NCBI GenBank assembly: GCA_963825135.1
Contig: CAWGRW010000009.1
Span: 864,001-928,000, forward strand
DNA length: 64,000 nt
From: an uncultured bacterium
GTDB lineage: Bacteria > Desulfobacterota_D > UBA1144 > Nemesobacterales > UBA2774
Direction of reading: 5' to 3'
Every line of letters starts with the position of its first letter. Within the stretch, counting starts at the first letter, position 1. A program made the position numbers and the translations under genes. Below the pieces are notes generated by a model. The model ran no database searches. It saw only the letters and a list, made by a program, of their open reading frames with translations, and was not told where the DNA came from. Of the stretch, positions 18,321-28,589 are shown one piece after another.

Positions 18321-19181
18321 ATGCTGGGAAAAAAAGTCATGTCTTTAAAAGACACGGTAACTTCATCGAACGTGCTGAGAAAGGCGTTCAGATGGAAATT
18401 AAGGCAGTTCAAACCAAAGGTGCCGCTCTACATCGAAAGCAACAGATTCCTCATCAAAACCGTCGAAAACAGCTCCGAGCTGGAGAAGGCGCTCAACTTG
18501 AGATACGAGGTTTTCTACAGGGAGACCCTGAATAAAGAAAATTTTTCCGGAACCGATATCGACAAGTTCGACCGGGTGTGTGACCACTTAATCATTCTCG
18601 ACAAGAAGTACAACATCGTCGTGGGGACGTACAGGTTCATATCTTCAACCTTCTCCGACAAATTTTACTCGGAAACGGAGTTCTCGATCGACCAGATCAA
18701 ATCCGCCGAGGGTATAAAGCTTGAGCTCGGGAGGGCGTGCGTCCACAAGGATTACAGAAACGGCACCGGCATAGCTTTGCTTTGGAAAGGGCTATCCGAA
18801 TATTTCAAGAAGATAAACGCTAAATACCTGTTCGGGTGCTCAAGCATCGGAACCACGAACATCGTCGAAATCAGCCTTATTTACAAATATATCAAAGAAC
18901 TGTATCTGTCACCCGAGAACTTCAGGGTGTATCCCAACGAGAAACACAGGATCAAAGAGCTCGATTACTATCTGGGCGCCTTTGACAAATTCGGCATCAA
19001 GACGGAATCGATCGAGGATTTCATCCCTCCCTTGCTCAAGAGCTATCTGAAGGCGGGCTCGGTTATTTGCGGCGAGCCGGCGCTCGACAAAAAATTCAAG
19101 TGCGCCGATTTTTTCACCGTCCTCGACCTCGAGCTGATCTCCAAATCCTTTGAGAAGAGGTATAAGGCGCCAAATGATTAG
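18321..19181 (+). CDS. olsB: Ornithine N-acyltransferase OlsB-like (GNAT)
   Basis: LRYEVF, DIDKFDRVCDHL, VVGTYR, FYSETEF, ELGRACVHKDYR, YLFGCSS, PPLLKSYL...GEPALD. Confidence 0.82.
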   Translation: MLGKKVMSLKDTVTSSNVLRKAFRWKLRQFKPKVPLYIESNRFLIKTVENSSELEKALNLRYEVFYRETLNKENFSGTDIDKFDRVCDHLIILDKKYNIVVGTYRFISSTFSDKFYSETEFSIDQIKSAEGIKLELGRACVHKDYRNGTGIALLWKGLSEYFKKINAKYLFGCSSIGTTNIVEISLIYKYIKELYLSPENFRVYPNEKHRIKELDYYLGAFDKFGIKTESIEDFIPPLLKSYLKAGSVICGEPALDKKFKCADFFTVLDLELISKSFEKRYKAPND

Positions 19182-19976
19182 AAAGTATACGAAGCTCTTC
19201 TTTTTTTTTGCGTAGTCGCGTCTTATTTCACAACTACAACTTTACTTCGGGCCGTAGCAAGAGAAAAAAAAAGGAAATTAAACTGGTCTACCAGGGCCCT
19301 GTCGTTTCACTCGGCCCTCATGAAGAAGGCGTTAGGCATCAGGGTCAGCCTGCAAAACCAGGGAAACGGTCTCCGCGGCGAAACGAATTTTCTGATCCTC
19401 TCAAACCACCTCTCGTACCTGGATATCTTCGTAATATCCTCGGTCTTTCCCGTGTCCTTTATAGCGAGCGTCGATGAGGTAAAAGGCGCGTTCCTCCTCG
19501 GCAGGGCTACGGAACTAGGCGGCGGCTTCTTCGTCGAGAGAAGGAGCAGATCGGGCCTCAGGAGCGAGATAGATGCGATTTCCGAGATCTTAAGTTTGGG
19601 GATCAATGTGGCCCTTTTCCCCGAGGGGACGACATCAAACGGGGACCTGGTCCTTCCGTTTAAAACCCCTTTGTTAAGCCTGGCCGAAAAAGCCGGCGTG
19701 GAAATTTTACCCCTCTGCGTCAAATACAGGAGAATCGACGGGGAAGACATCACCGAAAAGAACAGAGACCTGGTCTATTATTACGGGGACATGAAATTCT
19801 TCGATCACCTGTTCAAGCTGCTGCCGATTAAATCCATAGACGCGGAATTAGTGATTCTGGATAAAATTGATCCTAAAACGGCTAACTCCAGAAAGGAGAT
19901 GGCGAGGTCGGTCTACGACATGATCAATTCGGCATATATGAGTGGTGGGAAAGCCGAAACGACGCTCCATAACTAG
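19174..19976 (+). CDS. olsA: PlsC/OlsA-family acyltransferase, frameshifted at the T9 tract 19201-19209
   Basis: NHLSYLD, FPEGTTS; ATG 19174 overlaps the olsB end, and one extra T joins the hydrophobic N-terminus to ORF 19320-19976. Confidence 0.78.
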
Positions 19977-20048
19977 CCGACCATATTTCAAGCAGCGGCG
20001 GGTCCTATGCAGCCGGGAGATCATCCCCGGCCGATTCAGTTTCACCCA

Positions 20049-21332
20049 TCAGGGCGCGGTCAATAGCGAGACCGACTCTATATGATAGGTCTCGGGAAAC
20101 ATATCGAAAGGCTTAACTCTCACGAGTTTATACCCCGAGTCTCCGAATATCCTTATATCCCTGGCTAAAGTTGACGGGTCGCAGGACACGTAAATGATCT
20201 TCTTGGGGGAGAAGCGCACAACGCCGGCTACGGCTTCCTTGGCGCCTTCCCTCGGAGGGTCGAGCAGGACGATATCCACGGGCCCCGCCCCCGGGTCGGC
20301 ATCGCGCACGTATTCCTCGGATGGAGCGATATGAAAAATAATATTATTAAGACCGTTCAACTCGGCGCTCTTCTTCGCGAGCGCTACTGATTTTTTATTT
20401 ATCTCAACGGAAATCACCCGCTTTGACGACATCGCGAGTGGAATTGAAAAATTGCCCGCGCCCGAATAGAGGTCGAGTACCGTTTCCGCTCCTGATAACC
20501 CCGCCCAGTCGAGCACAGTACCGATGAGGGCCTCGTTAACGGGAGTATTGGACTGCGTAAAGACGGACGGGGAAGTCAAAAGCGTATATCCCGGCAGAGA
20601 GAGCCCGAACTCCACCTCATCCTTCCCGGTGACCGAGACATTCTCCGTCTCATCATGCCTTCTCAGGTGTTTGGCCAGCGATCTGAGAGAGCCTGACCCG
20701 ACTCTGAACCGGGGCACTAATGTTATATAGGCTTTCTGTCCGTCAGAGGACAAAAATATTTTTTCAAGCGGATAACGAGGCTCACCGATAGAAGATAAAA
20801 CGTTCGACAACCTCGATATCGCTTTATTGATCACGCCGTCAGCTATCGGGCATGATTCGATTTCTACATTTGTTCTGCTCATCTCACGGTAATAACCGAC
20901 ATGCCACCCTCCGGAGGAATACCAGGCCGATAGCAGAACGCGCCTCCTGTATCCGTACTCGGAAGGGGAAGGGAACATCGGCTCGACAACGACATCCCCG
21001 ATACCGCCTATTCTTTGCAGCGTTTCCCTCAGTATGTTTTCCTTCTCCCTCAGCTGCGCCGGGTAGATCAGGTTTTGCAGCTGGCACCCGCCGCAGAGAC
21101 TGAAAACAGGGCATGGAGGCTCCACCCTTTCCCGGGAAGGTTCCGCTATCTCGTCGATAACGGCCTCGGCAAAATTGCCCCTGTCGTTTGTGACCCTGAT
21201 ATCGACGATATCGTGGGGGAGCCCCCCCTTGACGAAATACACCTTCCCGTCCTTCCTGGCGATACCGCTTCCCCCGAATGCCAGCCTCTCGATTTCTACA
21301 CGCAATAGAGCCCCCTGTTTAATTATCAACAT
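20049..21332 (-). CDS. rlmD: 23S rRNA (uracil-5)-methyltransferase RlmD/TrmA family
   Basis: TRAM domain, CPVFSLCGGCQLQ, FTQSN, DLYSGAG, LDPPREG, YVSCDP, DMFPETYHIE. Confidence 0.9.
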   Translation of the reverse strand: MLIIKQGALLRVEIERLAFGGSGIARKDGKVYFVKGGLPHDIVDIRVTNDRGNFAEAVIDEIAEPSRERVEPPCPVFSLCGGCQLQNLIYPAQLREKENILRETLQRIGGIGDVVVEPMFPSPSEYGYRRRVLLSAWYSSGGWHVGYYREMSRTNVEIESCPIADGVINKAISRLSNVLSSIGEPRYPLEKIFLSSDGQKAYITLVPRFRVGSGSLRSLAKHLRRHDETENVSVTGKDEVEFGLSLPGYTLLTSPSVFTQSNTPVNEALIGTVLDWAGLSGAETVLDLYSGAGNFSIPLAMSSKRVISVEINKKSVALAKKSAELNGLNNIIFHIAPSEEYVRDADPGAGPVDIVLLDPPREGAKEAVAGVVRFSPKKIIYVSCDPSTLARDIRIFGDSGYKLVRVKPFDMFPETYHIESVSLLTAP

Positions 21333-21335
21333 ATT

Positions 21336-22343
21336 TTAACTTATAAACATCGCGTCCCCGTAACTGAGGAACCTGTAATCCCTGTCGAGCGCCTCATCGT
21401 ACGCTCTGAAAATAAAATCCCTGCCCGCGAACGCGGAGACCAGCATGAGAAGCGTCGAGCGGGGAAGATGGAAATTAGTGATAAGCGCGTCCGCGACCTT
21501 GAATCCGTAACCGGGGAGAATGAAGAGGTCGGTCTCCCCGCTGCACGGGATTACCTCTCCGTCCATACTTACCGAGGACTCGAGCGTCCTCAGGACCGTC
21601 GTTCCGACGGCGATTACCCTTCTCCCCTCGGCCTTTGCACAGTTGACGGCCTCAGCCGCTTCTCCGGGTATCGCTCGGAACTCCGTGTGCATATCGTGCT
21701 CCTGAACGAATTCCGTCTTCACCGGTTTGAACGTGCCTATACCGACATGGAGAGTGACATGGACTATCCGCACCCCCCTCTGCTCGATCTCTCTCAGAAG
21801 TCCGTGCGTGAAGTGAAGCCCCGCGGTAGGGGCCGCTATGGCCCCTTCTCTCTCCGCATAGACCGTCTGATACGACTCCCTGTCTTCCGCATCGGACTCG
21901 CGTTTGATGTATGGGGGAAGGGGCATCCTCCCCGAATGTTGTATATACGAATCCGGGTCCTCGCTGAATTCCATGAGCCAGCCTCCGCCGTCTTCCCGGA
22001 GGAGCTTCCCGCGAGGGCCGTCCTCAAACTCGACGACGAGCCCCCTCTTCGGGTTCCTGACCAGGCACTTCCATGTCCGGCTGTCCTGCTTTCCGACCAG
22101 TAGTATCTCCGCCCTTTCTCCGGACGTTTTCCTCCCGAAGAGCCTCGCCGGTATCACCCTGGTATTATTCAGGACGAGCACGTCACCCGGCGTAAGCAGA
22201 CCGGGGAGATCGAAAAATTTCAAGTGTGATATTCGCCCGGTTCCCCTGTCGAGCGCCATCAGCTTCGAATTTTGTCTATCAGCAGCCGGACGGCACGCGA
22301 TCCGTTCCTCCGGAAGATGATAATCGAAGTCGGATGTCTTCAT
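21336..22343 (-). CDS. queA: SAM:tRNA ribosyltransferase-isomerase
   Basis: DFDYHLP, PLPPYI, AAPTAGLHF, TNFHLPRSTL, YRFLSYGDAM. Confidence 0.98.
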   Translation of the reverse strand: MKTSDFDYHLPEERIACRPAADRQNSKLMALDRGTGRISHLKFFDLPGLLTPGDVLVLNNTRVIPARLFGRKTSGERAEILLVGKQDSRTWKCLVRNPKRGLVVEFEDGPRGKLLREDGGGWLMEFSEDPDSYIQHSGRMPLPPYIKRESDAEDRESYQTVYAEREGAIAAPTAGLHFTHGLLREIEQRGVRIVHVTLHVGIGTFKPVKTEFVQEHDMHTEFRAIPGEAAEAVNCAKAEGRRVIAVGTTVLRTLESSVSMDGEVIPCSGETDLFILPGYGFKVADALITNFHLPRSTLLMLVSAFAGRDFIFRAYDEALDRDYRFLSYGDAMFIS

Positions 22344-22354
22344 CGAGATAGAAT

Positions 22355-23563
22355 TTACTGCCCTTTATTTTCGAGCAGCTTTCGGACAGAAAGCCTGAGC
22401 GCGTTCAGTTTAATAAACCCCGTAGCGTCAGCCTGGTTATATATGCTGTCCTTCTCAAACGTAGCCAGGTCTTCTTTATAAAGGGAATAAGGCGAACGCC
22501 TCCCCGCCATGATGATATTACCCTTGTAAATCTTGAGCCTTATCGTCCCGGTCACGTTCTTCTGAGACTCCTCGACCGCGGTCTTGAGCATGTCCATTTC
22601 AGGCGAATACCAGAACCCGTAATATATGAGCTCGGCGATCCTCGGGATAAGCGAGTCCCTGAGGTGCATGACCTCCCTATCCATCGTCAGAGATTCGAGC
22701 GCCCTGTGCGCGGCGTGCAGTATCGTGCCGCCGGGCGTTTCGTACACCCCGCGGGACTTCATGCCGACGAACCGGTTCTCTACGAGGTCCACTCTCCCAA
22801 CGCCGTTAGCCCCGCCTATCTTGTTCAGCGCCGTGAGAAGCTCGACCGGCTTAAGCTCCCTACCGTCGACCTTTACCGGCACCCCTTTTTCGAAATCGAT
22901 ATCCAGATAAACGGGCTCGTCAGGGGCCCTCTCCGGCGAAACGGTCATCTCGAACATGTTTTCAGGCGGCTCGGACCACGGGTCCTCGAGTATCCCGCCT
23001 TCGTAGCTCGTATGGAAGAGGTTCCTGTCGCAGCTATAAGGCTTTTGCTGTGTGACCGGAACGGGGATACCGTGCTTCTCCGCATACTCTATGAGCGAGG
23101 TTCTGGAGTTTAAATCCCACTCCCTCCACGGAGCGATGACCTTGATTCCGGGGTCGAGCGCATAATAAGTGAGCTCAAAGCGCACCTGGTCATTGCCTTT
23201 TCCCGTCGCGCCGTGAGAAACGGCAAACGCTTTCTCTTTCTTTGCGACCTCTATTTGCTTTTTCGCTATCAGCGGGCGGGCGAGAGAGGTTCCCAACAGA
23301 TAGGAACCTTCGTATATTGCGCCCGACTTGATTGCCGTAAAGACGAAGTCACGTACGAACTCGTCCCGCAGGTCCTCAATGTACACCTTGCTTGCGCCCG
23401 TCCTGAGCGCCTTCTCCCTGGCCTCCTCAAGGTCCTCACCCTGACCGAGGTCCGCGACGAAAGCAATTATTTCGGCGTCGTATCTCTCGGCGAGCCATTT
23501 GAGAATGACAGAGGTATCGAGTCCGCCCGAATAGGCCAAAACGATCTTTTCAGCTTTACCCAT
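22355..23563 (-). CDS. argG: Argininosuccinate synthase
   Basis: [32 protein letters not shown]. Confidence 0.98.
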   Translation of the reverse strand: MGKAEKIVLAYSGGLDTSVILKWLAERYDAEIIAFVADLGQGEDLEEAREKALRTGASKVYIEDLRDEFVRDFVFTAIKSGAIYEGSYLLGTSLARPLIAKKQIEVAKKEKAFAVSHGATGKGNDQVRFELTYYALDPGIKVIAPWREWDLNSRTSLIEYAEKHGIPVPVTQQKPYSCDRNLFHTSYEGGILEDPWSEPPENMFEMTVSPERAPDEPVYLDIDFEKGVPVKVDGRELKPVELLTALNKIGGANGVGRVDLVENRFVGMKSRGVYETPGGTILHAAHRALESLTMDREVMHLRDSLIPRIAELIYYGFWYSPEMDMLKTAVEESQKNVTGTIRLKIYKGNIIMAGRRSPYSLYKEDLATFEKDSIYNQADATGFIKLNALRLSVRKLLENKGQ

Positions 23564-23702
23564 AATATGATATTCCTCCATGTAACCGAGGTGACCCGGA
23601 TATTAAAATTCAGATATAAGATTTACGTAGAGCACTCAGGAATTATTTCCTCTTGAAGATTAATGCCGTCCGGACGAATAACCGTCATTCACGACTCGAC
23701 CG

Positions 23703-24137
23703 CTAGTCTCCCCGCCCCGGCTGAGGCCTCAGGTCGTGCAGGTAAAACTTGGCGTTATGGCTCTCGTAAAATTTTTCGAGCGTTATCCCGATGTACTCTA
23801 TTTTTTCCTGATCATCACCCATATATGAGGCGCGTTTTACCTCATTCGAAACCTTGCACAGGACCGGAACGTCTTTCGAGGGCTCTTCGTGCGATATGAA
23901 TCTGAGCGTCAAGTCGCTGTTCTCCATCTTGAAATTCTCCGGGGTAACAAAACCCACGGTCATTTTAGCGCTGATAAACTCCACGATAAGGAGTCTCACC
24001 ACGCTGATACCGGTCCCCTCCGTACCGCCTTCGATCTCGAATTTATAGCCGTAATAATCGAGGGTCTGATTCTGCTCGTTGATAGAATGCAGATACCAGT
24101 AGTCTTCCGAATCGACCCAGCACATAATCTGAAGCAT
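23703..24137 (-). CDS. Hypothetical protein
   Basis: GGAGG RBS before ATG 24137; 144 aa; no motif recognised. Confidence 0.75.
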   Translation of the reverse strand: MLQIMCWVDSEDYWYLHSINEQNQTLDYYGYKFEIEGGTEGTGISVVRLLIVEFISAKMTVGFVTPENFKMENSDLTLRFISHEEPSKDVPVLCKVSNEVKRASYMGDDQEKIEYIGITLEKFYESHNAKFYLHDLRPQPGRGD

Positions 24138-24222
24138 GATCGCCTCCAAATCCAGATTTATACTTTCGTGAAAATCCCGGATATTATACCCAGAAAAAAA
24201 TATAACACTTAGTGCGGATACC

Positions 24223-24909
24223 CTAAAGAAGCCCTATTACGCTGAGCTGGCTCCCGACGCCCTTCCCTTCCCTCCTGTAAGAATAGAAGTTTGCGTTACA
24301 TTTAGTGCAGATCCCCAAGACCTCGATATCAGGTACGCCCGATTTCTCAAGCGCCCTCCTGTTTGCCCCAGGGAGGTCGAGCATGTATTTGTAATTGTCC
24401 GCCGGCGTTAGATATTCACTCCAGTCGTCGAACCCTTCCATGAAGAGGGAGGCGACGTCATCTCCCACCTCATAGCAGCATTTCCCGATAGAGGGGCCGA
24501 TAACCGCTTTCATGTCCGAGGGGCCGAAACCGTATTCCGTGTGAATCCTCTCAAGCGCGGCGTCCAGTATTTTCGACTTCGTCCCGCGCCATCCCGCGTG
24601 CACGGCGCCGGCTACGGTCCCCCCCTTATCCGTGAGAAGAATCGGCACGCAATCCGCGGTCGAGATTCCGATACCGACGCCCCTCAAAGAGGTTATGACG
24701 GCGTCCCCGTCGGAAACCTTCCCCCCTCCGATACCAACCCTCTCACCGAGAACGAAGACTTCGTTTCCGTGTACCTGATTGAGTCTCGCGAGGCCTGAAA
24801 AGCCGAAAAGCGCAGCGATTTCCACGGCGGTGCCGCTGACATCCCTGTCGGCGAAACCGTGCGCAACGCCGGGAACGGAAGACAGCATTTTCGATCTGAC
24901 CCAGGCCAT
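24223..24909 (-). CDS. pgeF: YfiH/PgeF purine nucleoside phosphorylase (laccase-like)
   Basis: QVHG, TADCVP, HAGWRG, IGPSIGKCCYEVG, FYSYRR; follows rluD. Confidence 0.92.
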   Translation of the reverse strand: MAWVRSKMLSSVPGVAHGFADRDVSGTAVEIAALFGFSGLARLNQVHGNEVFVLGERVGIGGGKVSDGDAVITSLRGVGIGISTADCVPILLTDKGGTVAGAVHAGWRGTKSKILDAALERIHTEYGFGPSDMKAVIGPSIGKCCYEVGDDVASLFMEGFDDWSEYLTPADNYKYMLDLPGANRRALEKSGVPDIEVLGICTKCNANFYSYRREGKGVGSQLSVIGLL

Positions 24910-24912
24910 AAT

Positions 24913-25878
24913 CTAGAGACTATTTTCCCCGGATTCGGCGAGAATGTTAAGGGCGTCGCTCATGTCCCGGGGAAGCGGAGCGCTGAATTCGACAAATTCT
25001 TGAGTATGGGGGTGGACAAAGCCGATTTTAGAGGCATGGAGGGCCTGCCTGCCTATTTCCTTTGCGGCATGAACAATCGCGGGGGGCCGCCCTTTTTTAT
25101 GTCCGTACACGGCGTCAGCGAGTATCGGATAACCGTTCTCCGAAAAATGAACCCTTATCTGGTGAGTCCTGCCCGTTTTGGGCTCGGCTTCGACGAGCGC
25201 CGCGTCCTTAAACCTCTTTAACACCTTCCAGAGAGTTACGGATTCTCTCCCTCTCCTGGCCTTCGAAGACATTTTCTTTCTATCGGAGGGGTGTCTCCCT
25301 ATGATCGACGTAAAAGTGCCGGATTCCTTCTTGATATTACCCTCGACTATGGCGAGATACCTTTTCTGTACGGTCCTGGCCTTGAACTGGTTAACTAGAG
25401 AGTTATGCGATATATCGTTCTTGGCAACCACCATTACCCCCGAGGTATCCTTGTCGAGACGGTGAACTATTCCGGGCCTTATCTTCCCCCCGATACCGGA
25501 CAGGTTCTTGCATCTATGGAGGAGGGCGTTAACGAGCGTCCCGCCGCCGAGCCCGGCGCCCGGATGAACCGCCATCCCGGGGGGCTTGTCCACGACTGCA
25601 ATATAATCATCCTCGTAAAGAATTGTCAGTGGTATGTCCTCCGGGATGGCCTCGATGGGACCAGGCTCGGGCAGGGTTATCCGCACGACCTCGCCTCCTT
25701 CGAGCTTTCTCGAAGGCTTGACCGGCTCCCCGCCGACCAGAACGTGCTTTTCTTCTATCAGTCTTTTTATCTGAGACCGGGTATGTCCGGAAAGAAAAAG
25801 AGAGAGCGCTATATCCGCCCTTTTTCCCGAAAGCTCCGGAGGGATAAGAAAGGTTTCGGTTTTGTCCTCTTTAGTCAT
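24913..25878 (-). CDS. rluD: RluA/RluD pseudouridine synthase
   Basis: S4 domain, GIVHRLDKDTSG, TGRTHQIRVH, RQALH. Confidence 0.93.
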   Translation of the reverse strand: MTKEDKTETFLIPPELSGKRADIALSLFLSGHTRSQIKRLIEEKHVLVGGEPVKPSRKLEGGEVVRITLPEPGPIEAIPEDIPLTILYEDDYIAVVDKPPGMAVHPGAGLGGGTLVNALLHRCKNLSGIGGKIRPGIVHRLDKDTSGVMVVAKNDISHNSLVNQFKARTVQKRYLAIVEGNIKKESGTFTSIIGRHPSDRKKMSSKARRGRESVTLWKVLKRFKDAALVEAEPKTGRTHQIRVHFSENGYPILADAVYGHKKGRPPAIVHAAKEIGRQALHASKIGFVHPHTQEFVEFSAPLPRDMSDALNILAESGENSL

Positions 25879-25909
25879 AATATCAAAGGGGGAGGGAGAA
25901 CGTGGGTAG

Positions 25910-27011
25910 TTATTTTTTCTCTCTCCTCTCCAGCATTATCTGCTTCACGGCATTCGAGATCACGCCGGGGAGGTTTCTGTTCCACCTCAGATTCCTGAGG
26001 TCGAACTCCCTAAGCTGCCGGATTAAATTGATAGACATGTGCGGGGGCGTCTTCGGGTTATTTACGAGAGCGAGCTTGACCTGATAGAGCCTTGCCCATT
26101 TCCTGCTTTCGGCGACCTCTCTGAGTATTTCTTCGTTGACTATCTTGGATTGAGAAATAAGCACCACTTCGCTGTCCGTAAGCCTCGGATTCTTGAGGAC
26201 TGCTTTTGATACAATCCTGTTCGGGTCCTTCACCAAAATAGTCCTGGCCTCCCTGTTGCCCAGGATAGCCAGCTTTATTTTCTGTCCGATATTCAGCATG
26301 CTTATCTTGATCATAACGTTCTGACTGTGCAGCTCAGGGCGCATGCTCTTCCTCTTCCTCCGTATCCTCCAGAAGCTCGGTATCGAGCTCGATATCGTCA
26401 AGAAACGACCCTTCCAATCGATCGAGCAGCTCGATGTCTATGACCTGGGCGGTTTCTCCCTTGTCGGGAGACGTTTCCTCTTCGCTCACAAGCAGCTCGG
26501 GAATGCCGGACTTTTTACCGAGATACAGTTTTAAAAATTCGATCACGCCGTCGAGGGTCGACCGGGAGACGGCGGGGTTCCCGCTAAGGGACTCCACTAT
26601 AGCATCCGAACGCGCGACCCTTTCGTGGTTATGCGAGATGAGTTCTATCAAGCGCTGTGAGTGAGTTTTTTCAGCGAGATAAGCGATGCTCTCGTCAGAT
26701 GCGGAGGTATTAATTACAATTTGCAGAAGCAGGGCCTCATCCTCCAGAACGCGCGCGAAATAATCGAGGAGCCCGGGGTGTGTACCGGTGTCCGACAGCA
26801 CATTTGAAATAACGTCGGCGGGCATTGCCTTGAGGGTCTTGCGTGCTTCTCCGACCACGTCGGCGTCTTCATCAAGGGTGAGGAAATAGAGAATAAGCGT
26901 GATGTCTTTGGGGGTCGCCGGCACTAATCCCCGGGCCGCCATTAAGCGGAGCTCTTTCGGACGGGATTTGTCCGTGAACTGTCTCAGCGAATCGGGTAAG
27001 TTTTCAGTCAT
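25910..27011 (-). CDS. Helical-repeat hypothetical protein, split by a +1 frameshift near 26338
   Basis: ORFs 26334-27011 and 25910-26401 join as EEEEHAPELHSQ if one base of the GGG at 26337-26339 is removed; KIKLAILGNREARTILVKDPNR, ALVNNPKTP. Confidence 0.7.
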
Positions 27012-27210
27012 AGCCGAGACCTTTGATCGGGAGTATCATTACAAGCCATGGTTAAATATACCGTAAATTTACCTGCCGGGATGCTTACCCGGGGCCCGTA
27101 TGCGAGAAAGGGGTAATGAAGACGGGATCAGTTGTATCTTGACTTTACTATACAATCAGCAAAATGTCTTTAGCTATATCGAGTACACGCGATACGGAGG
27201 ATAAACCGCC

Positions 27211-28587
27211 ATGGCAGGGGATGAAAAAACGATAAGGCAGTACGAAGGCAGGTGGGCGACCAAGCCCGAGCAGGTAAAAGAAGGGATCATCTTCAGCTGC
27301 TATTCGCCCGGAGCTGGAGAGATATTTATATCCGGGGATTTTAACGGGTGGAAGGGCAGAACGCTCAGGCTCGTTAAAGGGGGTGACAACGTCTGGCGCA
27401 CAATACTCAGGCTCGCGCCCGGGAGGTCGTATGACTATAAGTTCGTGGTGGACGGAAACTGGATTACGGACCCTAACAACCCGGACCTGAACCCGGACAT
27501 AGCGGGCGGCGCCAACTCGATCGTATACATAGGGGAGAATGGCAACCTGCTCGATAGAAATGACCCCGAAAGGCATAAGTTCTCCCTCGAAGGGAGGGGC
27601 ATTCAGCACAGCGTCTTCTCTTCCGAGAGGTATCACAGGAACTTCGACCTCTATTACGTGCTCCCTCCCGGCTATAACGGCGAGCCCCTACCCGCGGTCA
27701 TATGTCTGAATAATTACATAAAATCTCAGAAGATCGATACATTCTGCCGGAATAATGGTTATATCGGCATACTGCCCTCCCCCGATATCGGCGGGGATTA
27801 CATAAGAAAAGGCAAACTGAATATTTTCTCCGAGCTGATTGACGAGGTCAAAGGAAAATTCAGGATCGATGAGGACAGGCTGTACGTAACGGGCATGTCC
27901 AACGGAGGGCTCGAAGCCCTGCTCGTGTCCCTCTATTTCCCCGACCTGATAGCCGCGTCCGCTGTCGTCTTCGGTCCCTACAAACTTAGATACTACAAAG
28001 ACAGGATCGGCGGTATGAACGCGGACGAGGTTAAGAAGTTTTTAGCCACCCTCGACTTCCCTCAGAGGATGCTGCCCAATCTGATCAACACACCCATGTA
28101 TATTTCCCACGGCGGGGACGACGAAGCCGTTCCGGCCGATGACGCGGTCGTGCTCCACGAGATAGTCGAGAAGCTCGGCACCCCCGTAAAGTTTAATTTT
28201 TATCCGAAAGAAGGGCATACGTGGCTCATGGTCGACGATGACCTTCCGAATGTGTTTGACTGGTTCGGAAAGTTCAGGAGAAATAGATACCCCGAGAGAA
28301 TTTACTACACGGCGCCATTCGGTATTTTCAAGAATAAAGTGTACTGGGCCGAGTTCATGCCGTTCGAAGTGACCCGGCCGGTTAGAATCAAGGTTGGCAT
28401 CACGGATAAAAAGGGCATACGTGTTGACGCGGATAATATAAGAAAAATCACATTAAGCCCGTCCCGGGAGCTTATACAAATATCCGACAAGACAAAGATC
28501 GACACAGGCGGAAAGAAAGCCCAATGTAGATTTGAATACGGAGAAGAACGAGGCCGTGATAACCTTTTAAGGAAGCGTTCCTTATAA
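27211..28587 (+). CDS. CBM48/AMPK-type glycogen-binding domain fused to an alpha/beta serine hydrolase
   Basis: ISGDFNGW, YDYKFVVDGNWITDPNN; GMSNGG, HGGDDEAVP, GHTW triad; no signal peptide. Confidence 0.85.
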   Translation: MAGDEKTIRQYEGRWATKPEQVKEGIIFSCYSPGAGEIFISGDFNGWKGRTLRLVKGGDNVWRTILRLAPGRSYDYKFVVDGNWITDPNNPDLNPDIAGGANSIVYIGENGNLLDRNDPERHKFSLEGRGIQHSVFSSERYHRNFDLYYVLPPGYNGEPLPAVICLNNYIKSQKIDTFCRNNGYIGILPSPDIGGDYIRKGKLNIFSELIDEVKGKFRIDEDRLYVTGMSNGGLEALLVSLYFPDLIAASAVVFGPYKLRYYKDRIGGMNADEVKKFLATLDFPQRMLPNLINTPMYISHGGDDEAVPADDAVVLHEIVEKLGTPVKFNFYPKEGHTWLMVDDDLPNVFDWFGKFRRNRYPERIYYTAPFGIFKNKVYWAEFMPFEVTRPVRIKVGITDKKGIRVDADNIRKITLSPSRELIQISDKTKIDTGGKKAQCRFEYGEERGRDNLLRKRSL

Positions 28588-28589
28588 CT

